NCBI GenBank assembly: GCA_017499595.2
Contig: CM039007.1
Coordinates: forward strand, 992,001-1,056,000
Source of the DNA: Psilocybe cubensis
Taxonomy: Eukaryota
Reading direction: 5' to 3'
DNA length: 64,000 nucleotides
Shown piece after piece: positions 37,901 through 51,700 of the stretch. Under the pieces are notes generated by a model. That model was given only the letters and a program-made list of their open reading frames with translations. It did no database searches and was not told the DNA's origin. The position numbers and the translations under genes were made by a program. Positions within the stretch are counted from its first letter, which is position 1; each line of letters opens with the position of its first letter.

Positions 37901-40768
37901 CGCACACACACACCCTCCCCAAATCCCTCGTTCGGGATACACAACCTCCAAACACCGCCCTTTCCCAACGCATCCCTGAACGAAAACCACGGGAAGAAGG
38001 CGTGTCGTAAGTCTCGTAAGCGCTAGCGGAGGTGCTAATGCAGATAATTTTTATTCTGGCCTTGGAAGCGCGTGGATGTTGAGAAGGTGACATTGGAGGA
38101 GGTGCCGGTGTGCATCGTGATAGGCGTGAATATGGGTTTTTTGCGGCGGTGTGGTTGTTGGGGTATTATAAGGGTCGATAGTTGTACAGTTTATTTGTGG
38201 TAGAGAGAATCTGAGGTTGAGAAAAGTAAGTGATGAGATACGAATCTGGTTCCGAAGAACACAATCACCTTCAATCGTGTCGATGTGCTAGTATATTCGT
38301 GTTGCCCTGTAGAATCCCATGCATTATCGCACTATAATACCAAATCAGGCCCATGAACACCCCAAAGAGAACATACCATTGCCCTCGAAAAGATTTCACA
38401 ACCACGATACCCACAACCAAAAACAACGCCTCCTCCTTCCGCTCTTCAAACTACACCCCGCTCACAACGCACCTGTTTCAAAACAATATAAATGCCGTAT
38501 ACAGAGTCCGTAAGCGTGTAAAATAGAACGCAACCGGCGTTCTCTGGATGCATTAAGGTAGCGAGCTCGCTGAGAGCAATCAATCTACTTGTATTATTTC
38601 CGGGCAGTTTTCTGCGTTTCTAATGAATGCAATAAGTACATTGTGCATTGCACCGGCCAAGAGGTAGAAGTGATACGTTACCTGGACATACCACAAACCG
38701 CATAACATCACAGAATCACACCAACAAGTTCCAGCTCGTCTCGGACATCCTATCCTCCTCCCCGGAATCGCGTACACCTCGCCGTTCAAAACGCAGCATT
38801 CAATCCGGTTCTTTGCGGTACTAGCACCATCAAATATCACTGTCGTAAGCAATTTAGGATCGAAGAATGTTATTGTTGACACTCGGGAGTTGCGGGCAGG
38901 TTGGATGGGGACGTACATTTGATTTGCGAGAAATTCAATGTGCAATTGAATTTACCCGCTTTCCAAGAATGCGACGTGTACAGACTCACAGAAAGGAGGT
39001 TAGTCCATAACGTACTGAGTAGGTCCCCGTGTGTCTGTTGGTAGAATGAAGACCCGAGAGCGAGGTGATCTGAATACAGAGATTTGCCAAGTTCTGGCAG
39101 CGACATTTAGATTTTCACAAATCATGTCCTACGACGCACTGTACATGATCCAGAACTAGCAAGATTGGAATATCTCTGCGCTTACAATAGTCAGCCCGAA
39201 GACAAAATCCACACCTCTTCAATGGGGTCCACTGCATTCAATGGAATACCTACACACAGTGACTTGGAAAAACACCAAAAACGCAATCCGAACCACCTAT
39301 CTTTTGCTTACATACAACGGCGATGATGGCATATCGGTTATTGGACCTCACATGAAGCATATTTCGGAAGGAAAGAAGGCAACGTAAGTGGAAGGGTATA
39401 AAGTCAGGGTATGCCACGCTGGCTTTTCTTCAGCAACCCGCTCTTCCTGGCTTGGATTTCCTCTCCTCTCCTTTCCTCTCATCTCATTTCATTTCATACG
39501 GCCAACGCGAGTACTGCAGAGCAAAAGGTAAGCGTGCGGCAACGTTGAGCTGGGTTGTTGCTCACCGTGTTGTCACAGCGAAGCAACGCGAGTCTGCGTT
39601 GAAGACGGTGAGCAGTGGCCTGATATTTTGTCGCCCGAAGGACTCGCTGACGCGTTGTTTTCACTAGTGAAGGTGTGCGCTGGAATATGGTGTTGTGCGA
39701 AGGTCAGAATAAGGTCCCCTATCTTGATTTGAGGCATTACTCACTGTCTGGCAACAGGAGCGGTGTTGCACTAGTCGATGTCGATGTCTTGAGGTCAGGA
39801 TAACGTTCGGAACGCCCCCCATAGCGTCACCCCATCGTTGTAACCTCGCCGTTGAGTCGCAATGACACGCTGTTAGTCAGCGTTGACGCTGTGCTGGTCA
39901 ACGTCGAAGTCATAAGGTCAGGCTCCCATGTTTCGATGCGAAGCATTACTCACCGTTCAAAGACAGGGGTATCACACCCACCCTCACTCACGCGCATATA
40001 CACCAACCCCAACGTCCTAAAATCGATGGATTCCTAGTGGTCGAGTCGAGATTGCGCACTGTCAGTTAAGGGTGTTTAAGACAGGTCAGTGTATGTGCAG
40101 AGCGGAAGGAATGACAGGTGCTTACTTTGTGTTGCAGAGTCCCTAACAATGTACTGAGGTAAGAACATCATCTCTGGCCTCGTTAGAAGGATTACTCACC
40201 TTCCAATTACAGGACTGCGCCACGATGTGCACCAACGCCCACTATCGTCCTTCAAATGGATGGATCCCGAGTCGCAACGGCAGACGGACGGCGGATGTTG
40301 ATGGAAGTGAGCTGGAACAAAGTTAGGTGGGTGTGCGCAGGCGTCACAAGGTTGTCGGGGAGATGCAGTGGGAATGTGACACGGTCAGTTGAGGAGGCAG
40401 AGAGTTAGCTGTAAAGTATGACAGGTGCTTACCTTGGGTATCCATCGAAGGGAATCACGGGATGTGTCGAGCGGGATGAAGGCAGCGAGGAGCCGTCTGC
40501 GATGAGTTGGCTGAGTGAATGTTTGAAGTGCTTTGATCAAAGGCCAGGTTGTGGAAGCATTGGCTTGGCGTTGGTGGGTACATGTATGCGCATAGACAAG
40601 CTGTGTGGGGCGACAGGGAATGAATGAAACTAGACTCTTATCTAAACATTTCTACGCGAAACGAGTATGTAAGTAGTAAAATTTCAAGCCCAATTGCTGC
40701 TGATGCTGCAGATTGAAATGTATTGATCACACAAGTCACTTGCTCACAAACACCAACGTTGAATGCAA

Positions 40769-42518
40769 CTAATTTCTCGTCACTGCTTCCTGTGCGTGTA
40801 CCACAGCACCCCCTGCAACTTCCCCAGTGATCAACGGGAACCAGCAAGTCCAGTTGTGGGATGGCTTGTATTCCGGAAATTCACGTCGAGCTTTATCAAA
40901 GTCCACAACAAAATCCTCCTTGGCCTGGTTTCTAGAGCTCCACCAGCTCCCTGTTCCTCTCTGCTTCGCCAGGACTTCCAGTTCCATCATCACAATGCCC
41001 TCGTATTGAACAACGGCTGCGATACAAAAGTGGGGAGGAATTCCCGTCATAGCGCTCGCATTTTCTTCCACGCTCCATTCGGCTGAATCTTGACTGTGTC
41101 CACGGATGGACCCAGTGATGGTCATGGCATGTGCGAGTTGTTTCCTCACTTGCCACTCGGCGTTGACCTCTGGGCCCGTGTTAAATCCACCCACGCTGAA
41201 CTGAGCTGGGATACTGAAACTATACTTCCTGTGGTGGCTTTCTTCGTTTTTTGCGCCTATGGCATATTTGGGCGCGACGTCAATCATCTTGGATGGATGT
41301 ACTCCGCGGACAGATTTCAGTTTCCACTTGATCCGCAGAGCGTTGAACCGGCGGGAAGGAGATGGATGGCACTGGAACTGAAGAATCACCAAGCACCTGT
41401 GTGGCTCCAAAACCTGCACAGTCGACAACGATGCTGATAGATACGATGTCGATGACAACTCCTCGCTTATAATGACCGTTGGGGACCTGATAGGTTTTGG
41501 TCGATGCAACCCAGGTAAGAACCTCCAATGGTCCGAACTGTGTGTTTCCGTGGTCTCAGTTCTGGCTATAATCGCCTTGTCTTGTTGTTGCACTGCGTAA
41601 CCTGGAGGCGGTCCTGGAGGTGGAGCGTATTGTGGTTCTCCAAATGTCGCAGGCTTGGACTCGTCAAATAAACCGGGATATCGATCTTGAACAATGCTAA
41701 TCTGAGAGGTATTCAATTTTAATTCTTCTAAAAGTCGTGCCGCTCACCTCGTTGACATACGCCGCATACCGACTTCTATGCTCCTTCCATTTCTGCTCGA
41801 GAGACGTCAGCTGAAGGTTAGTAAATGCCTGCATGAGCATCTTCTCCCTCCGTAATTGTGAACTCGTTTCCATCGCCATTTCGTTCCACCAGGCAGCAAA
41901 CTTTGTTAATATAATGCTGAACTGCTCCAAGTCCTGTACGCCCTTGGAAAGCAGTGTTTGCATCTCGGTAATACCGCAATCCCTTGTGGAATCTTTTTCG
42001 GCCTTTATCTTATTTAGAAGCTGCCGTTCTCATGAGATCAGAAAGGCCACCTTTCAGACAAACATTGTACTTGCCTCTTCCACCGTCGTACGAACGTGAA
42101 TAAAACCCAACTTTGCCTCTACTGCCTTGTCGTATCCTTGCTGTGTCAATTCCTTCACTCCTTTCAAAAACGCAATCCGGTCTTCGGGAGTTGAATGCGG
42201 CATGAATTTAATAAGCGCTAAAGCATCATCGCAGATCGTGAATCCAACATGAGCAGCATCGACACTGGAACGAATGGCTTTGGAATAAATGATGGCTTGG
42301 TTTTGCACATCTTTTACAATACCAAGTTGTGAGCTAAAGAAATAACATGTAATGTTGAGGTAACGATATGTAATGAACCATGCTTACAATTCCTTCATCT
42401 CGCACCATGGCATTATGATCTCTAAAGCCTTCTCTGTGCTTCGAGCTAGCGCCACGGTGTCGAAAAACTTGGCCGAATCAAGGAATGCGATGGCGGGGTC
42501 AGTTGAGTCTGTGCTCAT
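40769..42518 (-). CDS. Gene A intact copy: ~530-aa protein with N-terminal helical domain, PPPGPPPGY linker and C-terminal beta-rich domain
   Basis: ATG at 42518 (MSTDSTDPAIAF...), a 54-nt GT-AG intron, a GC-AG intron after TTVEE and a GT-AG intron after YVNE give one continuous frame into the terminal exon (...AEWSVEENASAMTGIPPHFCIAAVV...). Confidence 0.85.
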
Positions 42519-42803
42519 CGTTGTGATGCTTGTTGTGTGCTAGGAACGTTTGGGAGACAATTTGAGATCATATAAGAATCAAATGTTCAAATTCAAACGC
42601 CTCGCCTTCAGCATGAGGAATCCTCATGACGTTGGACATATCCATCTTATCTCAAGTCTTAATATATTCTCCAATCGATGGTAGATCAATATAAACCTAT
42701 CGAGCCGTGGAGGAAAAGAAGTAAGCTATCAATAAAGAGTGCACGTAACTACAGAACTAAGGGTTCGATTTTCAAATGATAAATAGAATGTACGACTAGC
42801 TGA

Positions 42804-43893
42804 CTATTTCGAATGAGAGAAAAACCGACAAATCTTCTTCCACCACGAATACAGGCCCTCATCGCTACGATTAGCCTTATCTGCACCAGCCGGATACGAG
42901 CGTCTGTCGTTCAACGGGAGTTTGCCGCCGTCAGCACGGGCCTGAGGGTATGTGTTCCTTCGCCTGGTTTTTCCGTTCGTCTGCACAATAGCTGGATCGA
43001 TAGTCATAGCGTCTGCAGACTGTGCTATAGAGCTGCTGGCCTGCAAAAGGGCAGCCTGGTATTTGATCCAGATCTCGACCGTTGCCTTCGTTTCATCCCC
43101 AGGTGACGGAAAGTTACTTTGCCGATTCACGATCAGGGTAAGGAACGCGGCATGGTTCTCCCAGAACGCAAGAATGTCCCATAGAGAAGATCTCACATCC
43201 TCCAGTGCAGAGAATAGCGTCGTCACCGTGAGTTCCGGGTGCGCATCCTTCGGGGTTTGCTGCTGTTGCGAGTCGAGTGTCGATGATCGAGATTGACCTT
43301 TGTAAAGTTAGGAATAAGAAACACGACATTAAACGCGCACAAACGCAGGCCACTTACCACCTTTCTTGTTCTTCTCGGTCAGTTGGTCTTTCAAATCTTT
43401 CTCCTGGGTCCGGAAGCTCTGCAAATCTCTATCGTAAACTCTATTGACCTCTTGCAGATCTCGGAGAACACTCTTTCCTGACAGTTGACATCTTTTCGCA
43501 GAGATATGACGGTCATTTGGAGCACGTTGACATGAGGAAGTGAAGTCTACTGCGTGACGGTATCCACTCTGTAGAACCTGTCGAAGGCTCTCGCATTCAG
43601 TTCTAAACAGGTGTTTAGCCTCTTTGAATCGCTCGATCGTCCCTTTGTGTAGACCTTTGCGGGCTATAAGAGTCTTGTGGACATCGTAGAATGCTCCCAT
43701 GACCTTTTGCACATTCTCCGCCAGCGAGGAAACAGGTCTTTCCAAACCTTGCAGCCTCTGCCCGAAAACGATGAGTCAAGGTAAGTCTCGTGGGTGTAAG
43801 AAAATAACGTACCACAATGGGTGGAGGGTCCTTGTTGACTACGACGAGTGCGGTCCCGATGGGTGGGCCCTGTCGTACGTTGAGAGTGGCCAT
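42804..43893 (-). CDS. Gene B: ~325-aa alpha-helical/coiled-coil hypothetical protein
   Basis: ATG at 43893 (MATLNVRQG), two GT-AG introns splice in frame to ORFs 43329-43745 and 42804-43226; LEDVRSSLWDILAFWENH resembles gene A's LEQFSIILTKFAAWWNEM. Confidence 0.8.
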
Positions 43894-45721
43894 TTTTTGT
43901 GAGTTCGTCTAGAGAGATGTGGTAAGATGCCTGAAATTTAGGACCTGAAAAACGACTATACTCACGTATTATGTAGTCCTCCGCCGACGTCTGGGCTGTA
44001 GACAGCGAGTTGAAGAAGGGGGAAAGAATGATCGCCTTGCACAGTCGCTGCGAGTAGGCATGCTGCAGGCAGGGAAACACGAGGATGATATATATAAAAT
44101 TTATAGTGTTAATGGTCCTAATTCAACGTCATCGACACAAAGATAGCGTTTGGTACAAATCGTTTTCGAAATAGTGAAATCAGTAGAAACCATATTGGCT
44201 TATTGAGGAAGAAACAGCACTCTGAATCAGCCATAAGTTGTGATGAGAGCATTAAGAAGTCCCTGTTACTAGTCGCAGGTTGAAGCCCTTCGGCTCAAAT
44301 GTAGTCCTTGAAACGACGTTTTCAACAACCGCTGCTCGTGTCACCTGGCCGAAAAAGAGGCCGTATCAGGTGTTAGGAATCATTTGCCAGTAGCCGCATG
44401 GTAAACCATGCCTTATGAGTCTGGCAAGACGATAGTAGCACTGGCCGGGTGCTCTGTTAGAGCCAATAGTCTCAGCCGAAGATCATTCATGAGCAATATT
44501 GTTTGAAATGGATACTCACGTTGAAACTTGCAATCGCACTCCAAACCCCAGATACTATGCCACTGTGTCAAAGCCTCGTCTCAAACGTCCGTAGAGCCTA
44601 GTGCAATCGATAGGATCCCCATAGTCAACCCATTAAACCAGAAATCCAGTATGACGTCTTGCACTCAGCGATTCGGTAGCGTTGAACCGGCCATGCAAAC
44701 GCCAAAAGGTTTTGATCTCATAAACCTTGCTGCCATTGAATCGAGTATGATTGCGAAGTGATGATGACGATAGAGCGAACTGATGATGAGGGAGTAATAA
44801 TATACGATCAGCTAGTCATCACAGCTCAGCGATGTCGACGAGATTTAGATGATGATACTCACAAGCACAGAAAGATATAACACCTATTTTGTTCGGCCGT
44901 CACCCCTACAATTTCAACGACGCCCGCGTGTTTGTACCCACACAGCCGTTAACCACCATTCAAACGAGTTTCGTCAATGCCGACAATGAATAGATTCGCC
45001 GCTGTGAAGGGAATCCAGGGTTTGAATGCGACAACGCGGAGCTAAGTACTTGTGTCAGAGGGCGACATCGGAGCACAGGGCGTGTGGCAACGTACAAATC
45101 GATGAGCATATGCCATATGATCTTGCAGCTGCCTGAAGGCCGGCAGCGTCGTTAAAGGCGATATGACCAAGATTGCTGATGTTGTGGGGAACAAATGCGG
45201 CTCTTCATAGCACATGGTGGGCACTCTAAACGATCATGGCGGCCCCGATCTGGCATTGCTAGGGTATGGTTGATGAACATCAAGCAGGACCGCTACTGAA
45301 ACAGATAGCCTGCTCACCATGTGAAGAATTGTTCTCGACTTTTCGCATTGAACAACCAATGGCCACCCGTTCAAGAACCCTATCTCCTCGCCGCTGTCTG
45401 CGTTCCCATGAAACCCCCGGTCAGCGTTGAGCATGGGACCTCGACCCAACCACTGGATATCCGAACATCGTGGGCCGTCGTCTCGACAGACAAGGTAGTC
45501 GCAGTTGAACTGTTTAGACGTCGTATAAATAAGTCTGGTGGTGGATAACGCCCTTGGTGGCTACTTGCGTCAGGTGGCCATGGTGGATGCCGGCAAAGCT
45601 CGACGTGATGGGTGTTCGTGCGTGCGACACTGCCTCGAGCAACATAAAAAGTATTGTCGGACATGTCAACCTGCAACGCAGCCCACTGCAGCGCCCGCCC
45701 AACAAGCTTGAATTTAGGCAG

Positions 45722-48700
45722 ATGGGTATCTGCAATAACAGAAGTGTTTTCGAGTTCAACGACCCGTGCATTCGTGCATCGTGGTCTGCCTTGCTCCCTT
45801 TCGGACTTGTCGGCCTGTTGTGTCTATCCAAACTTCCCAAACCACGACCAGTACAACGATTTTGTCGTTTTTTACAATCACCTTTGCACAACTTCCTCAC
45901 TCTTCGTGAAGCTGAAGCTCTTGACAACAAATCTGCAATAGGACGCGCCTTTGAGAATGACAATATCGAAGACCTACCAAAATCCCACGTTCGTCGACAC
46001 CATGTCGCGTTCGCCTTCATCGGTGCCGCAGAAGGCCTCTGCTGGATAGTCAGTGGGTCTTTCCAACTTCACGATTCGCACAACAACGTAGACGGCATCC
46101 TTTGCTACGCTCTCGCGTTTTCATGGATCTACACCGCCATTCGCCCTTTGGTACCATCAACATCCAAGTCAGCCCCCTACGATGTCGTCGTCATCTATCT
46201 GCTTTTCTTCTTTGGTGCTATTGTAGATATCGGAGGGATTATCTACGATTACGCCGTCCTGCTTTCCCCTCTACCTTCGCAACTTTCCTTACTGTTACGA
46301 AGTGTCAACCTTCTTGCGATCGTGTCTTCGTTGATCATCATATTCAACATACCATCGGAATTACCCAGCGCGAAGGTCGATCCACAAGAAATTGTGAGTA
46401 AAAACGTCAACCATCAACATACCTCGCTAATTGTTATAAGGGTCACACTCTAACCACGGAGGATTATGCTACCTTGTGGCAGTGGGTGTCTTTCTCTTGG
46501 ATTTACCCTCTTATCCGATCAGTGAGTCCGATCCATTTCGCTTTCCCTGGCTCGCTCACACGTACGCTACAGGGTCGATATGCTACCCTCCATGAAAAGG
46601 ACGTTTGGAATATCAGTCCAACCATGCAATCACGCCCCCTGTTCGCAAAATTCAGTGCTTTGCGGTTGGTGTATACGTTATCAATGCTGTTTTTGTGGCT
46701 TATGAAAACAAATTGATAGGCAAACGAGTTTATTTCGTCGCATATGGGCCGCGAATTCGCTGGATATCATGTATGGAACAGTGACTAAAATGATGGTTTT
46801 TGCTGATATTTGACCGTAGAATTGACTTTACTCTTACCATTGTGAGCGTTGTACTACAATACACCGGCCCATATTTTTTGAAGTATGTGTCAACTTCAAG
46901 CCCTATCACGCGAAATACTTAGTTGGCTGATATTGTCCGTTTAATTAGGAAAATCCTCGATACAATTGACGTTGAAGTAATTACCCCTGAAAAAAAGCTG
47001 GAGGCTTACATATACGGCTTTTTGGCGTTCTTTTGCACTATACTGAAGGTCTAGGAATCACCATTATCTTGGTTAACAAATCGAATTGACGTGCAATACG
47101 AATTAGACACAATCCGACCTTCAACATCTCTGGTTCGCTCGTCGAGCATCAACCAGGATACGTTCGGAACTCATGACATCCATATATGCGAAAGCATTGA
47201 AAAGAAAGGATTTCTCCGCTATCGTCGACCAATCAAAGGCGACTGATTCCACGTCGCAAGCTCCTCCGACCTCCGGGCGTAAAGGTGAACCCATCTTATA
47301 TTAAAAAAAAGACTACACTCGGTCTCACTGTCTGAGAAGGAAAAGCGGGTAGCAAAGGAAAGTCCGACACTTCTGATGATCCCAAGCCAGGTGCCAGTAC
47401 GGGTAAAATTGTTAATCTTATGTCCAGTGACTCTAACCGAGTAAGTCTTTTCTTTCCTAATGGCACACATTTTATCCACTCCAATTCAGATATCAAGAAT
47501 GGTCACAATCATATTCAACCTTTACGGAGGTATGTTGCACAAATCTTACGTTCTGAGAATAAAACTACCCCTATCTTTCTACAGCTCCTTTCGAGATCAT
47601 CATTGCATGCACATTTCTCTACCAGTCAGTATGATGTTTTCAAGAGCAAAATCCTCGTCCCTAATATTTTTTTCAGACTTCTCGGCATTAGTGCATTCGC
47701 CGGTTTCTTGGTCCTGGTAGTAGGCTGGCCCCTGAACAATTTCCTCGCCCGTCGAAATGTCCGAATCAATAAAGGTATCATGAGTGCCCAAGATAAACGT
47801 ATGGGTGTGCTAAACGAGTTGATCAGGGCTGTAAGTCCTCTAAACTTTGGTGTCCGCTAACACACCGTCAACGCTCTTTGTTAGATCAAATTCATTAAAC
47901 TTTTTGCATGGGAAGAACGATGGATTGCGAGAGCAATGGAGGCAAGAGAATTGGAACTGAAGTGGATCAGAAAAGGTGAACAAGATCTCAAGCGCATAGT
48001 AGGATTAGTTTAAAGGCCTTACCCTTTTCAGCTCGGATCAACCAGATACTGTTCCATTTACTTACCAACAGCGCCCCGATATTGGTGTCTATCATATCGT
48101 TTTTTGCCTATGTGATGAGCGGTAACGAGTTGACTATAAGCACAGCGTTCACGGTAAGTTTCGACAAATTTCCTGTCACAAGTTTGCTCATTCAGTCGGA
48201 AATTCATCTCCAACAGGCGATTGCTTTGTTCAGCATGGTCAGGTATGGGACTCTAATATCTAGTTATTTTCTTTGGCCTTGATCGTATAATGAATTTTTC
48301 GTAGAGCCCCTCTCAAAGTGCTTCCCACTTACTTGGTCCAGATTCTTCAGGTTCCTCATAGTCATCGTTCTTTGTGGAATCAAATACTAATCTCTAAGCA
48401 AATCAGGCCCAGGTTGCACTGGAACGTATTTCTGTCTACCTCGATGAAGAAGAAGTCACCGAACAGGTCTCAACGCTGAAGAGAAATTCTCAACCATTTG
48501 ATGCAATCGTCGATGAAGGCTTGGGACTCAGCAACGCTACCCTGCGGTGGAACGAAGTGACTGTCGTTGAAAAGAAGGATAAAGCTAGGACTTCGTCAAT
48601 AAGCCACCCTCCTGCTACTTCAAGTGTTCCAGAGATCGCGGTTGTGGCAAACGAGGGAAGTTCATCTGACAGCACTACGTTGGAAAGTAACGAAGTACAT

Positions 48701-51700
48701 AAGTTTGAGCTGAGCGACATATCTGTCAAGTTCCCGGAAGGCAAATTGACCGTCGTGACTGGACCAACTGCCTCGGGGAAAACTGCTCTTCTTGCAAGTG
48801 TCCTTTGTATGATTCAACGTTACGTGTACGCTAACATTCTTTTGGCTTAGATGGCGATATTAGGCGAAATGACCTTGGTTTCGGGAAGAATCCTGTTGTC
48901 TAAAGATCCAAATCGTGTCGACGAGAATGGCCTCATGTATTGCATCTCATACGCTGCTCAACTACCGTGGTTGCTCCATAGATCTATCAAAGAGAACATC
49001 ATCTTCGGGTATCCATTCGATGAGGAGAGATATAATACGGTTGTCGAGTGCTGTGCTCTCCTTCCCGACCTCCAAATGCTAGAAGATGGGGATGCCACCG
49101 AAATTGGTGCCCGGTACGCCTTTGATTTACAATGAATAATGTCCTTCTTAACCACTTTACCGCATTTCTTCGGGTTGAAACAGTGGCGTCAACCTATCGG
49201 GAGGGCAAAAAGCAAGAGTCGCTCTCGCGCGAGCAGTCTATGCCCGGACAAAATTCGTACTTCTAGATGACCCCCTGAGCGCAGTAGATAGTCACACGGC
49301 CAGATTTCTCTTCGATCGACTACTCTGTGGTCCTCTGTTGGCAAACAGGACAGTCGTATGTATTTCCGCTCATTCCGAATTCTTCATTTACATATCGATA
49401 TGTCTTAGGTTCTCGTAACACATCATGTAAACCTGGTACTTCCAGCCGCTCATTATCTTGTACGTATGCTGGACGGTCGTATTGACACTCAAGGTGGCGT
49501 TCACGAGTTGAGGGAGCAAGGTGTACTCAGCGATATTGTTGTTGAATCTTCAATCCGAGTGCATGAGGAGGTCAAAGTTGAGGTCGAGCAACCTGAAGCT
49601 AAGACCGCTCTCGAAGACCAACTGGAGCCCAAGATAGAGGTCAAGAAACCTCGAAAATTGGTATCGGATGAATTTAGGGAGACAGGTGGTGTAAAGTGGT
49701 CCATCTACAACACCTACCTGAAGGCGTCGTATGTCCTAACGTTCCATCGCTTTCAGCAAATCTTAATCCTTTTTTTCAGTTCGTATCGAATCTGGTTTAT
49801 CTTGGCTGTCATAGTATTTGTTAACCAATTTTTGGGCATCGCTGAGAAATTATGGATCAGGGTATGTTGAACTAATTCAACAATCTCTCTAGCTCGTAGC
49901 TGATCGACTACCTCTAGACATGGGGAGAAGCATATAGAAATGAGACCAGTAGTACACCGTATGGTGTACAATATCCGACTATTTTAACTATCAATTTGAA
50001 TGCGGCCAACGACCAGACCAACTTCGGAATCCAGCAATTTGGACAGGCGGTAGGTCTTGACTCAAGAACCCCCGGTCCTTTTGGTATCGTTTGGCCTAGT
50101 GCCATGGAACATCCACTTTTGTACATTGGAATATACGCTGCCATCGGGATGATAACTACTTTGGTCAGTGTACTGTCCGTCACAGCACAATACACAGGCG
50201 CGCTGCGCGCCTCTCGCATTTTGTTCAAGTGTGTGATGTCCTGTCCATTTTTCTCTCTTTCCTTCTTATCAATGTCATAATAGGAGGCTCCTCGTGGCCA
50301 TTGTTCACGCAACTTTCAGATTTCACGATATCACACCCCAGGGTAAGTGATATTTTATTTTTTATGTCATTCAAATAACATTTCGTTTCCCCTAAGGTCG
50401 CATTCTGAATCGTTTTGGAAAGGTTAGTTACAACCCACAGTAAGTGCGTGTTATGTAATAAATACTGACGGGCGAGAAGGATATGGACACCATCGATTCT
50501 TCCCTCGCTGGGACCCTCCAGGCCGTCAATTCAGCATTGGCGGGATTTCTTGTAGCCATTCTTACTGTTGCGTACGTCCACAACTAAAATATTGACATGG
50601 CGGTGTAGTAACTTTAATTTTCAAACAGCGTGGTTTTACCATACTTTTGCATACCGGCATTCTTCATTGGATTAATTTACCGCGAACTTGCTTTAGGGTA
50701 TTTGAACACAGGCAGGGATCTCCGACGAATGGAGGCCACGACAAGATCACCGATTTACTCCCATTTTGGGGAAATGTTGGAGGGAATTGTGACAGTCAGA
50801 GCTTTTTGCGCTGAGAGACGCTTCCTTGATGGCCTCTATGTTAAGATCGACACTACTACAAAGGCAGCGTACTATTTTCCTTCTGTGTCTCCACGTTGAG
50901 CTTATTGTTTTATTTGGCTAGATGTGGTATATGTTCTGGATGACTAATCGCTGGTTACTGGTCAACTTTGATACCCTTGGGGCATTGATCGTTCTCCTAA
51001 CCACATTGTTCTCCATCTCGATCCTCAAGAACGACGCCGGGCTGGCAGCCCTATGTATCACCAGCGCCATGGCATTTACGTTGTCAGGTATCTAGATATA
51101 TTACACCTATGATGAAGTGTATCTAACGGTATGGGACCTACAGTCTATTGGACATGTAGATACTGGACAAGTAAGCGGTTGATAGTTATGACGGCTTTAC
51201 AATGCTAATGGAGTATGTTAGCACTGGAGCTGGACCTTAAGTATGTCAATTTTTGATCTGGAACAACATATTTGTACTCAATTTGCGAAGCTCTGTCGAG
51301 AGACTAATTGAGTAGTAAGCCTAGCTTATTCTCCTTGCTGAATATGATCAGAACTAACTAGGCCATAGTCTCGATGTCCCGCAGGAACCTCCAGCGATTA
51401 TAGAAACAAAAAGGGCACCTGCATATTGGCCGTCGTACTCCAGCAACAATGACCTACTTGTTGTAGAGAACTTAGAAGTCAAATATGCACCAGAGCTTCC
51501 CTCTGTGATTAATGATGTATCCTTTTCGTTGAAAGCCGGTGAACGTATTGGCTTGCTTGGGAGAACCGGTACGTTTTCAACAATCTTGATGTATTCTGGT
51601 CTCACACTTGAATCAGGTAGTGGAAAGTCGACTTTGGCTACCAGCCTTATGAGATTTGTACGTTATGATGTACCTCCGGTCGTTCTTTGTTTGGTAATAA

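Larger units (their letters stand above)
18257..42421. repeat. Tandem array of a 7,450-bp unit (3 full units plus a fourth gene-A segment)
   Basis: All ORFs recur at +7450, +14900 and, for gene A, +22350; sequence appears identical at period 7450 from 18711 to 41942; the outer homologous flanks are diverged. Confidence 0.98.

Noticed and set aside
18257..42421. Tandem LTR retrotransposons sharing LTRs (A as LTR, X as internal region)
   Set aside because: A is an intron-containing protein gene without TG...CA ends, and X has no gag/pol, PBS or PPT that I can find.
18257..42421. rDNA-like tandem unit (similar size)
   Set aside because: No 18S, 5.8S, 28S or 5S sequence recognisable.
44500..45680. 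Short ORFs between gene B and ABCC2
   Set aside because: Stop-ridden with no recognisable family; may be a decayed gene but cannot be supported.
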